From Candidatus Multivorans sp. (lineage in GTDB: Bacteria > Acidobacteriota > Thermoanaerobaculia > Multivoradales > Multivoraceae): a stretch of 64,000 nucleotides of DNA. Positions 15,283 through 26,322 of the stretch are shown in pieces. The notes beneath the pieces are model-generated. The model was given only the letters and a program-made list of their open reading frames with translations. It did not search any database and was not told where the DNA came from. The translations under genes were made by a program, and so were the position numbers. The stretch spans positions 192,001-256,000 of the forward strand of contig OZ245033.1 of the NCBI GenBank assembly GCA_965224025.1, written 5' to 3'. Each line of letters begins with the position of its first letter. Position 1 is the first letter of the stretch.

Positions 15283-15354
15283 GCGCGGCAGAACCATGCA
15301 GACTCCGATCCTGGGAACGCGGGCATCCTGCCCGCATCCGGCGCGCGGCGCCGG
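15283..15354 (+). repeat. REP-like palindromic element, copy 1
   Basis: CCTGGGAACGCGGGCATCCTGCCCGCAT (15310-15337) is the exact reverse complement of 29042-29069; related copies at 35017-35072 and 46049-46090. Confidence 0.75.
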
Positions 15355-15388
15355 CCTGTCCGGCGCCTAGGAGGGCACGCGGCAACCC

Positions 15389-16888
15389 ATGGGCAAGGAC
15401 ACCGGCTTCAAGGAGTACGCGCGCGCGTCGATCCCCTACCAGGATCCGCTCATCCGCCTCACCCACTACGGCGAGTTCCTGCAACCTGTACGCGAGGAAC
15501 ATCTCGCCAGCCAGGGCGCCCGCTGCATGGATTGCGGCGTGCCGTTCTGCCAGTCCGACGACGGCTGCCCGATCGACAACCTGATCCCGGAGTGGAACGA
15601 CCTCGTTTACCAGGGGCGCTGGCGCGAGGCGCTGCGGAGGCTGGAGCGGACGAACAACTTCCCCGAGTTCACGGGACGCGTGTGTCCGGCGCCCTGCGAG
15701 GGCGCCTGCGTGCTGGGGATCACCGACCCGGCGGTCACGATCAAGAACATCGAGAACGCGATCGTCGACCGCGGGTTCGAGGAGGGCTGGATCGTCCCCC
15801 GGTTGCCCGCGACACGGACAGGCAAGAAAGTCGCGGTCATCGGCTCGGGCCCGGCCGGCCTCGCCGCGGCCGCCCAGTTGAACAGTGTCGGCCATTCCGT
15901 CACCGTGTTCGAGCGCGAGGACCGTATCGGCGGTCTGCTCATGTACGGCATCCCGAACATGAAGCTGGACAAGCGCCAGGTCGTCGATCGCCGGATCGAC
16001 CTGATGCGTGCGGAGGGGATCGAGTTCGTCACCGGGGCCCACGTCGGCCACAACGTCGACATCGCCGACCTGCGGCGGGACCACGACGCCATCCTGCTCG
16101 CCTGCGGCGCCACCCGGCCGCGCGATCTTCCGATCCCGGGGCGCCAACTCTCAGGGATCCACTTCGCGATGGACTTCCTGACGGAACACACGCGGGCGCT
16201 GCTTGACGCCGAACTGCCAAGCGACGGCGTGGGCGTCGTCATGCCCCCGATCACGGCCGAGGGCAAGAACGTGATCGTGATCGGCGGCGGCGACACCGGC
16301 GCCGACTGCATCGCGACCGCAACCCGGCACGGCTGCGCCTCGATGGTCAACTTCGAACTGCTCGACCGGCCGCCCGACGGGCGCGCGCCGGACAACCCCT
16401 GGCCGGAATGGCCGCGCATCTTCCGCGTCGAGTACGCCCACGCCGAGGCCGCGGCCCGGTTCGGCGCCGACCCGCGCGTGTTCTCCGTCCTCTCGAAGCG
16501 CTTCGTGGATGACGGCGCCGGCAACGTCGCGGGCATCGAGACCGTGCGCATCACCTGGCGCAGGAACTCCGACGGCCGCTTCACGATGGAGAAGCTGCCG
16601 GGCACCGAGGAGACCTTCGAGGCCGACCTGATGCTGCTGGCGACGGGTTTCCTCGGGCCCGAGGCCGCGCTCGGCGAGCAGTTGGGGCTCGATACCGACC
16701 CCCGCAGCAACTTCGCCGCAGCGCCCGGAGAGTACGCCACGTCGGCCGAAGGCGTGTTCGCGGCCGGCGACTGCCGCCGCGGCCAGAGCCTGATCGTGTG
16801 GGCGATCAACGAGGGCCGCGGCGCCGCGGCCCGGATCGACGAGTACCTCACCGGCGCGACGGATCTGCCGCTGCCGTCGGCCTACTGA
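15389..16888 (+). CDS. gltD: Glutamate synthase small subunit
   Basis: [58 protein letters not shown]. Confidence 0.97.
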   Translation: MGKDTGFKEYARASIPYQDPLIRLTHYGEFLQPVREEHLASQGARCMDCGVPFCQSDDGCPIDNLIPEWNDLVYQGRWREALRRLERTNNFPEFTGRVCPAPCEGACVLGITDPAVTIKNIENAIVDRGFEEGWIVPRLPATRTGKKVAVIGSGPAGLAAAAQLNSVGHSVTVFEREDRIGGLLMYGIPNMKLDKRQVVDRRIDLMRAEGIEFVTGAHVGHNVDIADLRRDHDAILLACGATRPRDLPIPGRQLSGIHFAMDFLTEHTRALLDAELPSDGVGVVMPPITAEGKNVIVIGGGDTGADCIATATRHGCASMVNFELLDRPPDGRAPDNPWPEWPRIFRVEYAHAEAAARFGADPRVFSVLSKRFVDDGAGNVAGIETVRITWRRNSDGRFTMEKLPGTEETFEADLMLLATGFLGPEAALGEQLGLDTDPRSNFAAAPGEYATSAEGVFAAGDCRRGQSLIVWAINEGRGAAARIDEYLTGATDLPLPSAY

Positions 16889-16988
16889 GGCAGCCTTCAC
16901 GAACGCTTCGAGCCGCTCGCAGACACTGCCCGCGCCATGCTGCGAATGGCCTCGCCAATTCAACTTTTTGGACCAGACCGGCCATTCA

Positions 16989-17017
16989 TTGACGGGCGGC
17001 GAAGCGGCCTCTATAGT
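16989..17017 (+). promoter_or_regulatory. Sigma70-type promoter of the TonB-dependent receptor
   Basis: TTGACG-N17-TATAGT, near consensus. Confidence 0.75.
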
Positions 17018-17159
17018 GCTCCCAATTCGTGGCCTTGCGCCGACGCGCCCCACCACTCGCCACAACCAACGGACAAGCCTTCGACGCGTGAACCGCACGC
17101 TGGCGGATTCTCAATTGAGTTCGGCGGCATTCAACCAGCAACAGAGGAGAACACCTACC

Positions 17160-20084
17160 ATGCAGTGGACCCGCCCCTGGGCACGTCTTCTTGCGATCCT
17201 CCTGGCAACGACCTGCGCCTTCCTCATGGCCGGCGCCGGTGTGGCCCAAACCATCAACGGCACCGTCCAGGGCTACATCTCCGATGTCGCCGGTGACCCG
17301 ATTCCCGGCGCGACGGTTACGGCGACCAACCAGGACACCGGCATCGACCGGGCCGTCATCTCCGATGCGAACGGCTTCTACAGCGCCAAGGCGCTGCAGG
17401 TCGGCGCCTACACCGTGTCCGCCGAACTCGCCGGCATGCAGACGACCCAGCAGACCGACATCTCGGTGCTTGTCGGCCAGATCAAGGACGTCAACCTGAC
17501 CCTTGAGGTCGAGTCGTCCTCCGAGGTGATCACGGTCACTTCCGAGGCGCCGATCATCGAAGTCAGCCGCTCCGGCGCCGCCAACTACATCGACGAGGTG
17601 GCGATCGAAAGCCTGCCGATCGTGGGCCGCGACTTCACCGACTTCGCGATTCTGACTCCCGGCGTCCAGGCCGACCGGCAACGCGGCTTCCTGACCGTCG
17701 CCGGCCAGCGCGGCATGTACACCGGCCTCTCGGTCGACGGCGCGGACAACAAGAGCACCTTCTTCGGCTACGGCCGCGGCGGCGAGGCGACCGAGAACGA
17801 CGGGCTGATCGTCGCTCAGGACACGGTGCGCCAGTTCCAGGTGGTCACCAACGGCTTCTCGGCCGAGTACGGCCGCCACGGCGGCGCCTTCATCAACGTG
17901 GTCACGAAGTCCGGCACCAACGAGATGAAGGGTTCAGCCTTCGCCTTCTTCCGCGACGACAGCATGGCCGAGGATCTGCCCTCGTCGCCGCTCGACGACC
18001 ACTTCGGCAACGACGGCTCCCGATCCGTGGACGAGTTCGACACCCAGAACTACGGTTTCTCGATGGGCGGTCCGTTCAAGCGCGACCGTACCCACTACTA
18101 CTTCGGCATCGACCAAGTTGACCGGGAGATCCCGTTCACCCGTTCGCTGCGTTCGACGGGCGCCAACAGCACCTACGACCTGGTCATGCAGCGGGCCCAG
18201 AACGAGCCTGCCTTCGCTGCCTTGGTCGACGGGTTCACCCGTAACTCGGACGGATCGGCCACCGGCCTGTTCCTGCGCTCGGTGAGCAACCAGATCCTGT
18301 TCGGCAAGCTGGACCACCAGATGAACGCCTCGAACCTGATCACGCTGCGAGTGAATCTCACCGACTTTGAGCGGGAAAGCAGCTATCTCGACGAAGAGTC
18401 GCTGAAGACGGAGGACACCCTCTCCTTCATCGCGTCGATGACATCGGTGATCGGCAGCCGCGGCGTGAACGAGTTCCGCATCCAGTCGGCCGACGACAAC
18501 CTGGACCGTCTATCCCTGCGCGTCGGAACCCCGATCGAGGCTCAGGTCCGGTTCCGGTTCGGCTCCTTCGACAGCGTCGGCAAGTTCGACTTCCTGCCGA
18601 TCTTCGTCGAGGAATCGCAGCTCCAGATCAAGGACGACTTCTCCTACCTGTTCGGCGCCCACGACATGAAGTTCGGCGTCGACTACTCGAAGGACGATCT
18701 GGCGCAGCTCTTCGCGGGTAGCCGCGACGGCCGCTACGACTTCAACTCGCCGGAAGACTTCCTGGCCAACGAAGCGAACCGGGCGCGGATCTGGTTCGGC
18801 GATTCGACCTACCCGAACTACGACGAGACCCAGGCCGCGCTCGCGTTCTACGGCCAGGACAGCCTGAAGCGGGACAACCTGACCCTCAACTACGGTCTCC
18901 GCTACACCTCGACCGACAACCCCGACGGCCTGGACCACAGTGAGGAGGACGGTCGGCAGATCCCGGATACGCAGAACCTGGCGCCCCGCTTCGGCTTCGC
19001 GCTGTCCTCGGACGAGGGCCGGCAGGTTCTCCGTGGCGGCATCGGCCTCTTCTTCGGACGCACGCCGACGCTGCTGTTCGCCAACCAGGTTCAGGCAAAC
19101 GGCGTACCGCCGAACTACGGCCGCATCACGGTGAGGCCGGGCCAGAACGGCTACGTGTCGCTCGGCACGCCGATCGACAACGAGAACCCTCCGCCGGGCA
19201 TCATTCCGGCAATCTCCTACGTGGATCCGGCGTTCGACGATGCCCAGACGCTGCGCATGAGCGCCGGCTGGGAGCGGGAACTCGGCTCCGGCTGGAGCAC
19301 CGGCGTAGACGTCGTGTACGCCGAGGCGACTGGCCTGCAGCGCAACACGGACTGGAACCGCCAGTTCGCCGGCTACGACGAGTACGGCCGTCCAATGTGG
19401 AGTGGCCGCCCCCGAGACGACGTCGCCGAGATCCTGGTCCGCCAGTCTCGTGGCGAGTCCGAGTACCAGGCGGTCACGTTGAAAGTGAACCGCCGCTTCA
19501 CTGGCCGCTACCAGTTCAACGCCCACTACACCTGGGGCAAGGATCGCGACACCGACTCGAACGAACGTTCGGCGACCGGCGTCACGATCTCCGACCTGGG
19601 GAACCTGGACTACGACTGGGGTCTCTCGAACCGTGACGTGAAGCACCGCCTGGTAGCCACCGGAATGATCCAACTGCCCGCCGACTTCCAGATTTCGGGC
19701 ATCCTGAACTACCAGTCGGGCAACCCGTACACGCTGGTCGACGTAGGCAGAGGGTCCTTTGACGACAGAGCCTGCGGCTTCCCCATCTTCAACTGCCCCG
19801 ATCCCTATGCGGTGGTGGACGGCCAGCTTGTGGGCCGGAACACGGAGCGCAACGAGTCGATTCAGACGATCGATGTCCGGATCGGCAAGTTTTTCCGCTT
19901 CGGCAACGGCTTGCGTCTCGACGTGTTCGCCGAGGCCTTCAACCTGTTCGACCAGAACAGCTTCGGCGTGGGTACGAGTCAGCGCAACATCCGCAACGGA
20001 GTTGTCCCCGACACTCTCGGAATCCCGTCGTTCCTGGTCACGCGCCCGCGACAGTTGCAGATTGGAGGCCGGTTCAGCTTCTAG
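17160..20084 (+). CDS. TonB-dependent receptor (Oar-like, N-terminal carboxypeptidase-regulatory domain)
   Basis: Signal peptide, PIPGATVTATN, FSAEYGR.GG.INVVTKSGTNE, C-terminal RQLQIGGRFSF; RBS AGAGGAG before ATG 17160. Confidence 0.92.
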   Translation: MQWTRPWARLLAILLATTCAFLMAGAGVAQTINGTVQGYISDVAGDPIPGATVTATNQDTGIDRAVISDANGFYSAKALQVGAYTVSAELAGMQTTQQTDISVLVGQIKDVNLTLEVESSSEVITVTSEAPIIEVSRSGAANYIDEVAIESLPIVGRDFTDFAILTPGVQADRQRGFLTVAGQRGMYTGLSVDGADNKSTFFGYGRGGEATENDGLIVAQDTVRQFQVVTNGFSAEYGRHGGAFINVVTKSGTNEMKGSAFAFFRDDSMAEDLPSSPLDDHFGNDGSRSVDEFDTQNYGFSMGGPFKRDRTHYYFGIDQVDREIPFTRSLRSTGANSTYDLVMQRAQNEPAFAALVDGFTRNSDGSATGLFLRSVSNQILFGKLDHQMNASNLITLRVNLTDFERESSYLDEESLKTEDTLSFIASMTSVIGSRGVNEFRIQSADDNLDRLSLRVGTPIEAQVRFRFGSFDSVGKFDFLPIFVEESQLQIKDDFSYLFGAHDMKFGVDYSKDDLAQLFAGSRDGRYDFNSPEDFLANEANRARIWFGDSTYPNYDETQAALAFYGQDSLKRDNLTLNYGLRYTSTDNPDGLDHSEEDGRQIPDTQNLAPRFGFALSSDEGRQVLRGGIGLFFGRTPTLLFANQVQANGVPPNYGRITVRPGQNGYVSLGTPIDNENPPPGIIPAISYVDPAFDDAQTLRMSAGWERELGSGWSTGVDVVYAEATGLQRNTDWNRQFAGYDEYGRPMWSGRPRDDVAEILVRQSRGESEYQAVTLKVNRRFTGRYQFNAHYTWGKDRDTDSNERSATGVTISDLGNLDYDWGLSNRDVKHRLVATGMIQLPADFQISGILNYQSGNPYTLVDVGRGSFDDRACGFPIFNCPDPYAVVDGQLVGRNTERNESIQTIDVRIGKFFRFGNGLRLDVFAEAFNLFDQNSFGVGTSQRNIRNGVVPDTLGIPSFLVTRPRQLQIGGRFSF

Positions 20085-20137
20085 GCTGACCCAGCACCGC
20101 AGGCTGCGGCGTCTGACGCAGCGGCACCGACTACTTG

Positions 20138-20168
20138 AGGGCCTCCCTGGCAACGGGGAGGCCCTTCT
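20138..20168 (+). terminator. Probable intrinsic terminator
   Basis: 10-bp stem AGGGCCTCCC/GGGAGGCCCT with a short pyrimidine tail, after the receptor gene. Confidence 0.55.
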
Positions 20169-20532
20169 CCGATTCCCGCAATCGGCTGTCTGGCCGACCG
20201 GGCCGCGGACGCCGAGTCCGCAGCTACTGCCCGGGACACCCAGCCTCGGACACCAGAGCTCGCGCCCAAAGCAGCATCTCGCCGTGGCCGCCGCCTTCGC
20301 GGGCCGCCGCGCGACGCGCGTTGCCGTCGCCGCGGACGACACTTCCAACAAACGGCCCTCCCACCGCGAAGAGGCTGGAACGTGCCCGAATCTGGCCGGT
20401 CTTGCCCGGATCTGACCCAAGTTCGCTATCAGGCGTCCGCTTTCTCTCCCCGAGGGCTTGTACCGTAGTTTGAGGTGGTCCCGGTCCTTTGGACAGTTTC
20501 GAGGCCGGGCTAAGGTGTACTCCATGTGTTGA

Positions 20533-21423
20533 TTACGCCGCAGCCGCCGTCGCCGGGGCTGTGGAAAACTCTCGATTCTGCGGAATGCCCATTAGTCCGC
20601 GGTGGGCTTCGGCAGGTGTCCTGCCGCCGAGCGCCGTGTGTGGCCGCTCCTCATTGTAGAAGGCGAGCCACCCATCGATCACCCGCCGCGCCTCGATGCC
20701 GTCGACGAGTTCGTTCAGGTAGACCGCCTCGTACTTCAGCGAGCGCCACAGGCGCTCGATGAAGATGTTGTCGAGGAAGCGACCCCGGCCGTCCATCGAG
20801 ATCTTCACCGTCGCGTTCTCGAGAAGACCGGTGAAGTCGCCGCTCGTGAACTGGCTCCCCTGATCCGTGTTGAAGATGTCCGGCTTGCCGTACCGGTCGA
20901 GGGCTTCGGCGAAGGCCTCGACGCAGAACGATGCGTCCAGGCTGTTCGACAGCCGCCAGGACAACACCCGACGGCTCGCCCAGTCCATGACCGCCACCAG
21001 GTACAGGAACCCGCCGCGCACCGGAATGTACGTTATGTCCGAGCACCAGACTTGATCCGGACGCTCGATGGAAAGCCCCCTGAGCAGATAGGGATAGACC
21101 TTGTGCTCCGGGTGAGGCTTGCTGGTCCGCGGCGCCCGGTAGATCGCCGCGATACCCATCAACCGCATCAGACGCCGCACCCGGTGACGACCGACCCGAA
21201 CGCCCTCTCGGCGAAGGTGGCGGACCATCTGACGCGAACCGTAGAACGGGTACAGCAGGAACAGCTCGTCGATCCTGCGCATCAGGGCCAGCGTCTCGGC
21301 GCTCTCGCCCTTGGGCCGGTAGTACAGCGAGGAACGGCTGATCTCGAGCAGACGGCACTGCCGACTCAAGCTCACGTCACCCGTCTCCCGCTCGATCATC
21401 CGCAGGCGCTCGGTCCGGCTCAG
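20533..21423 (-). CDS. IS3 transposase OrfB (DDE)
   Basis: VWCSDITYI, NTDQGSQFTS, DNIFIERLWRSLKYE; start overlaps the orfA stop. Confidence 0.92.
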   Translation of the reverse strand: MSRTERLRMIERETGDVSLSRQCRLLEISRSSLYYRPKGESAETLALMRRIDELFLLYPFYGSRQMVRHLRREGVRVGRHRVRRLMRLMGIAAIYRAPRTSKPHPEHKVYPYLLRGLSIERPDQVWCSDITYIPVRGGFLYLVAVMDWASRRVLSWRLSNSLDASFCVEAFAEALDRYGKPDIFNTDQGSQFTSGDFTGLLENATVKISMDGRGRFLDNIFIERLWRSLKYEAVYLNELVDGIEARRVIDGWLAFYNEERPHTALGGRTPAEAHRGLMGIPQNREFSTAPATAAAA

Positions 21424-21701
21424 TGCCCGAGCCCCCTGGACAAGAAATCCCGCTCGATCGTCAGCTCCCCGATCTTCGCGTGCAGGTCCCTGATCTCCTC
21501 CTCGTGGTCCCGGCGCCGCTCCGGCCCGGCCGAGAAGGTCTCACTCATCCCCTCGATCGCCTTCCGCTTCCAACTGCTCACCTGATTCGGGTGAATCCGG
21601 TGCCGCGATGCGATCGCCGCGAGCGGCTTCTCCTCACGCAGCGCCTCAAGCGCCACCTTCGACTTGAAAGCCGCAGTGAACTTCCGACGCTTCCTCTTCA
21701 T
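21420..21701 (-). CDS. IS3 transposase OrfA (HTH)
   Basis: RRKFTAAFKSKVALEA...IHPNQVSSWK...KIGELTIERDFL. Confidence 0.92.
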   Translation of the reverse strand: MKRKRRKFTAAFKSKVALEALREEKPLAAIASRHRIHPNQVSSWKRKAIEGMSETFSAGPERRRDHEEEIRDLHAKIGELTIERDFLSRGLGH

Positions 21702-21767
21702 CCTGGCTCCTCCTCTAGGTCGAGGAGTACACCTTAGCCACCTGTCCAGTTTTCCGGGACCACCTCA

Positions 21768-22547
21768 TCGGACGAGCGTCGAGAGCGCCAGTCGTTGGGG
21801 GTGGGGAGGATCGGGATGGAGGCCGTGTTCCCCCTCTGGGGGCGCGACTCTCGTGAGCACGCGAGGGACTTGACCGCTGCTGGCATGTCCTCTTGGGTGT
21901 GCTCGGTCGATACGGGAACCGTTCCGGCGGAGCTCTCTGGCAAGCGCTACGACGAGATCTTCGTGGGTGACCTGCCGGATGGCGTCGACCCTGTGGGCGA
22001 GAACGGCGAGTTCCACACGTTCGTGGAGCGGGCACCGGGTTGGCACCGCCGGGTTCCGGTGGCCGCCACACGGCGGATCGAGGTCTACGACTTCGTTTTC
22101 ACCGAGATGGAACTCGCCCACTCAGACGAGAAAAGCCCAATCGGTGATGATGCTGATCCTACAAACAGCACCGTTCCGGACGGCACCGACCCATTTAGCT
22201 ACTTTGAACGGCTGGCCCGTGTACGACGCTACGTAGATGAGCACCTTGTTGAGCACTTGGACAGCGAGTCTGTAGCCAACGTTGCCGCGATGTCACCAAC
22301 GGGCTTCTCGAGATACTTCCGCCAACATGTCGGAACAACCTTCGTCGTATGGTTGGCCCACCGTCGGGTGGAATGGGCCTGCCGCCTCCTGCGGGAACAC
22401 AACGACGCCGTCGGTCAAGTTGCATTTGCCGTGGGGTTCCACAGCGAACGGACCTTCCGCCGGGTCTTCCACGAACAGGTCGGCTGCAGCCCGTCGGAGT
22501 ACCGGAAGCGGTTGATCGAGAAGAAGATGCCGACGGAGCCAGCGTAA
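21768..22547 (+). pseudogene. 5'-truncated fusion of a Dph6/MJ0570-type PP-loop ATPase C-half with an AraC HTH
   Basis: VFPLWGRD, GVDPVGENGEFHTFV, then VANVAAMSPTGFSRYFRQ...VGFHSERTFRRVF..SPSEYR; N-terminus removed at the IS3 end. Confidence 0.7.
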
Positions 22548-22602
22548 TGGGGTCAGATGCCCGTCTCGACTGCATCGTGGGACAACGCGTAGGCGGTCTC
22601 GC

Positions 22603-23150
22603 TAGCCAACTGCACACTCGTTCCGGTGCGGTAGCAGCTGGGGCAGGCGTCCGGAGAAGCACCACGGGGCTCCGGTGTCGGCCGCAGGGAGCGAAGCGAC
22701 CGGAGGCCGACACCGGACGCGCCGAGCGGAGGGGGCTGGTTGTCATGGTCCGTCTTCCCGGCGGTGATCGTCGGTCGCGGTCCGGAGCAGGTCCTGGTGC
22801 GCCCTCATCCGGTAGCTGTTGCCCCGGATGTTGACGATGTGGCAGTCGTGCAGCAGGCGGTCGATGAGCGCCGCGGCCATGATCTCGTCGCCGAGCACGC
22901 CGCCCCATTCCTCGAAGCCCTTCTTGGAGGTAAGCACCGTGGACGCCCGCTCGTGGCGGGCGTTGATCAACTGGAAGAAGAGCACGGCGCCGTCCTGGCT
23001 GATCGGCAGGTAGTCGATCTCGTCCACGACCAGCAAGGCGGGATGGGAAAGTACCCGCAGCCGCCGCGAGAGGTTGCCGGCGGCCTGGGCTGCGGTCAGC
23101 GACTCGATCAGCGCCGCCAGCGTGCCGTGGTAGACGCGGCGTCCGTACCC
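22603..23150 (-). mobile_element. istB: IS21-family remnant: istB 3' fragment (22743 to about 23150) plus right-end sequence
   Basis: LLVVDEIDYLP, FFQLINARHERAS, AAALIDRLLH, IRGNSYRMR; no Walker A and no istA. Confidence 0.85.
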
Positions 23151-23195
23151 GGCGGTCGCTTCTCGTCCGCCGCACGCAGCAAGTGAACGTACTCC

Positions 23196-24197
23196 TCAAA
23201 CCGTTTCATGCGGTCTCGCATCCAGCAGCGCGAGGAACTCGGTCTGGCTCGAGCAGGTCTGCGCGGCCTGGATCAGTTCATCGGCCGACAGCCGGTCGAG
23301 CCTCGCCAATCGGTCCGTCAGGTCCGTACTCACGCCGATCCCACGCGCCTGCAGGATCCCCATGACGGCCCGCAGCATCCCGGCACGGTCCTCCGCGCGG
23401 CCCTCGGCGCGACCCTCGGCGCGCTCGCTCCGCAGCCACGGGTCGTCGTCCGGCCCGGTGCCTTCGGCGGTGCCCAGAGCGCGTCCGACGCGCCGCAGCG
23501 CGGCCAGTGTCTCCTCGGAGGTCGCCGATTCGTTGAGCGCGCGGTGGATCTCCTCAGCCGTCCAGCCTGGAAACGCCCGGCTGCTCGACGCCGTCCGGAA
23601 CTTGCCGCCTTCCAGAACGTGGATCGTCAAGCCGGAGAGGCGAGACTTCGGACGGCTCGACGACGGCGCGTCTGGCACGTCCACCCAGACCTCCGGAAAA
23701 CCCCACGCCTCGTAGATTCGGAGCTTCCGCCGCCTGACGTCGGTCGAGTAGTCCACTTCGAGCACGACATCCGGGCGCTCTCGGCTGTCGATATCGACAT
23801 CCCGTTCCCAGACGGTGAACTCAAGTGGATGCAGATAGAGAATCTGGTCCGCCTGCATCAGCACCTTGCGCTCGCCCTGTGCGTCGTAGCGCACCAGGTC
23901 CGTGGCCCCGAACGTCTCGATCGGCGAACCCCTCGACGCGGCAATCCGCTCCGCAAGCCGCGCCAGCCGCTGCGAGGGTTGCTCGTGAAACCGCGTCGTC
24001 GGTTCGCACACGACGACCGCCGTCTCGGTGCGGGCCTCCCAGTACTCGACCCGGCCGTCGTAGTCCCCGATCTCCTCCCGAGAGATGCGCTCCGCCCGGC
24101 AACCGGGGAAGTCGGCCAGATCGAGCGGCGCTTCCTCGGGATCGCCCAGACTCTCGGATCTCGCCCTGGATACGGCTGTCTGGACCGGCTCAGCCAT
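23196..24197 (-). CDS. Uma2 (DUF820)-family PD-(D/E)XK endonuclease with EGRAEG repeats and a helical C-terminal tail, copy 1
   Basis: QADQILY, PDVVLEVDYSTD, KLRIYEAWGFPEVWV, SRAFPG; ATG 24197. Confidence 0.8.
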   Translation of the reverse strand: MAEPVQTAVSRARSESLGDPEEAPLDLADFPGCRAERISREEIGDYDGRVEYWEARTETAVVVCEPTTRFHEQPSQRLARLAERIAASRGSPIETFGATDLVRYDAQGERKVLMQADQILYLHPLEFTVWERDVDIDSRERPDVVLEVDYSTDVRRRKLRIYEAWGFPEVWVDVPDAPSSSRPKSRLSGLTIHVLEGGKFRTASSSRAFPGWTAEEIHRALNESATSEETLAALRRVGRALGTAEGTGPDDDPWLRSERAEGRAEGRAEDRAGMLRAVMGILQARGIGVSTDLTDRLARLDRLSADELIQAAQTCSSQTEFLALLDARPHETV

Positions 24198-24274
24198 CGT
24201 CCCGAAGCTATCACCGCGCTCGGCGCCGAAAGCCCATGGCCGGTCGTCGATGATCCGCACCGGAGGGCTCCTTC

Positions 24275-24415
24275 AGCGCTCAGAAGTCGAACAAGCTCCG
24301 CTTCGTCCAGGCATCGCTGCGCCGAGAGCACGGCCAACCCGGCGAAGCACCGCCAACGTGTCCGCCGGCGGCAGGCGGCGACTCCACGCGACGTGAATCC
24401 CCTCGGCGGTTCAGC
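24275..24415 (-). pseudogene. Internally deleted Uma2 C-terminal remnant
   Basis: IHVAWSRRLPPADTLAVLRRVGRALGAA joined out of frame to QRCLDEAELVRLL, both matching the other copies. Confidence 0.6.
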
Positions 24416-25589
24416 CCGAGGCGCTCGAAAGGCGGCCCGCCATGCTCGGAACATCTCCCACCGGCAGAACGGAAATCCGCTCGTCCAGTTCATAGGGCCT
24501 TTCTCCGGGATAGATCACCCAGAGGTGATCGAGCCGAAGGTCGGCGAGCGCCAACCTCATCGACTTCGTCGTTCCCGGCGCGTCGCTGTACTTGAACTCG
24601 AACCCGTGTCGGCGGCCGCCGGACACGATCATCAAGTCCAACTCGGCCCCGCCGTGGGTAGCCCAGAAGTGTGCGTTCAGGGGCTGCAGGCAGGACAGGA
24701 CCTGCTCGACGGCAAAGCCTTCAAACGATGCTCCGACTTTCGGATGTCCCGCCAGGCGGTCCGCCGACGGAAGATCGAGGAGTGTGTGTAGGAGGCCACT
24801 GTCGCGAATGTAGACCTTTGGCGCGCGGACCTGCCGCTTCTTGAGGTTCTCGTGCCATGGCGGAAGGACCCGCACGACCTGCGCAGCGACGAGTATGTCG
24901 AGATAGCGGCGGGCGGCAGCCTGACCCGAGCCGATCGCTCGAGCGAACTCCGCCGCGTTCCACACCTGGCCGTGATAGTGCGCGACCATCATCCAGAAGC
25001 GACGCAGCGCCTCCGCCGGCAGCGAGAAGCCGAACTGCGGAATGTCGCGATCGAGAAAGGTCTCCACGAAACTCTCGCGCCACAAGGCGGACAGGTCATC
25101 GTCGTCGGCCAGAAAGCTGCGCGGGAAGCCGCCCCGCAACCAGAGCCTCCGCCAACCGCCTGGCGTCGCGCCGCCCACCTCGGTCAGATCGAAACCCGAG
25201 AGCCGAATCTGCCCGGCGCGGCCCGCCAGAGTCTCCGAGGCGCCGCGAGCGAGAGCCGGGGATGCGCTGCCGAGGACGAGGAAGCGAGCCGGCTCCTCCC
25301 GCCGATCGCACAGGACCCGCAGAATTTCGAACACCTCGGGCTGTCGCTGAATCTCGTCGATCACGACGAAGCCACGCAGAGGCTCCAGAGTCTGCATCGG
25401 CAGCGCGAGGCGCCTCCGATCGACCGGATCCTCCAGATCGAAGTAGCGGCCTCTCTCCGGCGCCTCGTCGAAGAGGGCTCGGGCAAGGGTCGTCTTCCCG
25501 CATTGTCGCGGCCCGACGACCGCGACCGCTGGATGCACCAGAAACGAGCGTTTGATCCGTTGGGCAGCGAACTCGCGGTCAACATTCAC
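24411..25589 (-). CDS. AAA_14 ATPase with DUF4143 domain
   Basis: GPRQCGKT, IDEIQ, LGSAS, ETLAGR, RGGFP, PKVYIRDSGLL, GASFEGF, ELDL..FEFK. Confidence 0.9.
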   Translation of the reverse strand: MNVDREFAAQRIKRSFLVHPAVAVVGPRQCGKTTLARALFDEAPERGRYFDLEDPVDRRRLALPMQTLEPLRGFVVIDEIQRQPEVFEILRVLCDRREEPARFLVLGSASPALARGASETLAGRAGQIRLSGFDLTEVGGATPGGWRRLWLRGGFPRSFLADDDDLSALWRESFVETFLDRDIPQFGFSLPAEALRRFWMMVAHYHGQVWNAAEFARAIGSGQAAARRYLDILVAAQVVRVLPPWHENLKKRQVRAPKVYIRDSGLLHTLLDLPSADRLAGHPKVGASFEGFAVEQVLSCLQPLNAHFWATHGGAELDLMIVSGGRRHGFEFKYSDAPGTTKSMRLALADLRLDHLWVIYPGERPYELDERISVLPVGDVPSMAGRLSSASG

Positions 25590-25727
25590 CGCCCAAGCCT
25601 ACTTTCTTGAAAATCACTCGGTCAAGAGACGATTTTCATGGAAAGATGGAGAAGTCGAGACGTCTGTCGGCCCGCCACCAGCAGAGCGGCAACGGTTCGT
25701 CTTGACCGCCCCCTCCGACGAAGGACG

Positions 25728-26250
25728 TCAGGCGACTACGTAGGGAATCGTCTGCGGCCCCTCGGGCAGCACGCAGACGCGTGCGTCGGGCCGGCCGGCG
25801 AGGCATTCGGCGATTGCCTCATCGAGGTCGGACGCCGGCTCGAAGTGGGCGGCTGCAAGCTGCTCCGCGGTCAGACCGCCGGCCTTGACCAGAACCCGAG
25901 CGCGGCGCTGGATCAGCGCCTGCACCTGCACCTGCCACTGGTCCGGCTCGGTCACGGGCCGAGCCTCGATCTGCTGAAGCAGCTCCTCGGGCGAGCCGCC
26001 GCGGCCAAGCAGTTCCGCGTAACGGCCATGGTCCGGGATGCCGTCGCTGCACTCCGCCGCGCAGAGGATCGTGCCGCCGTCCGCGACCACTTGCGCCGCC
26101 GCGGACATCCCCTTGACCGCCTGGTACAGGTTCTGGTCGAGGGGATAGCCGGAGTTCGTCGTCACCACGACCTCGAACCGACGTCCGGTCTCCCGCATGG
26201 CGATCAGCCGCGCCGCTTCACACGGCTGGGCGTGCCGCTCGGACAGCTCG
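25728..26250 (-). pseudogene. larA: Duplicated 3' third of larA
   Basis: TTNSGYPLDQNLYQAVKGMSAA...EGPQTIPYV, nearly identical to 29888-30410. Confidence 0.9.
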
Positions 26251-26322
26251 CAAGCGAGACAATCCTTGCTTCCCAGTTCTCAGGGCGGCCTTCTGGAGCG
26301 GGGCCGACTCGAAGCCGGAGGA

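Larger units (their letters stand above)
20471..21767 (-). mobile_element. IS3-family insertion sequence (about 1.3 kb)
   Basis: Terminal inverted repeats TGAGGTGGTCCCGG...GGACAG with TG/CA ends, plus an inner IR GCTAAGGTGTACTCC; orfA/orfB inside; no flanking direct repeat. Confidence 0.92.
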
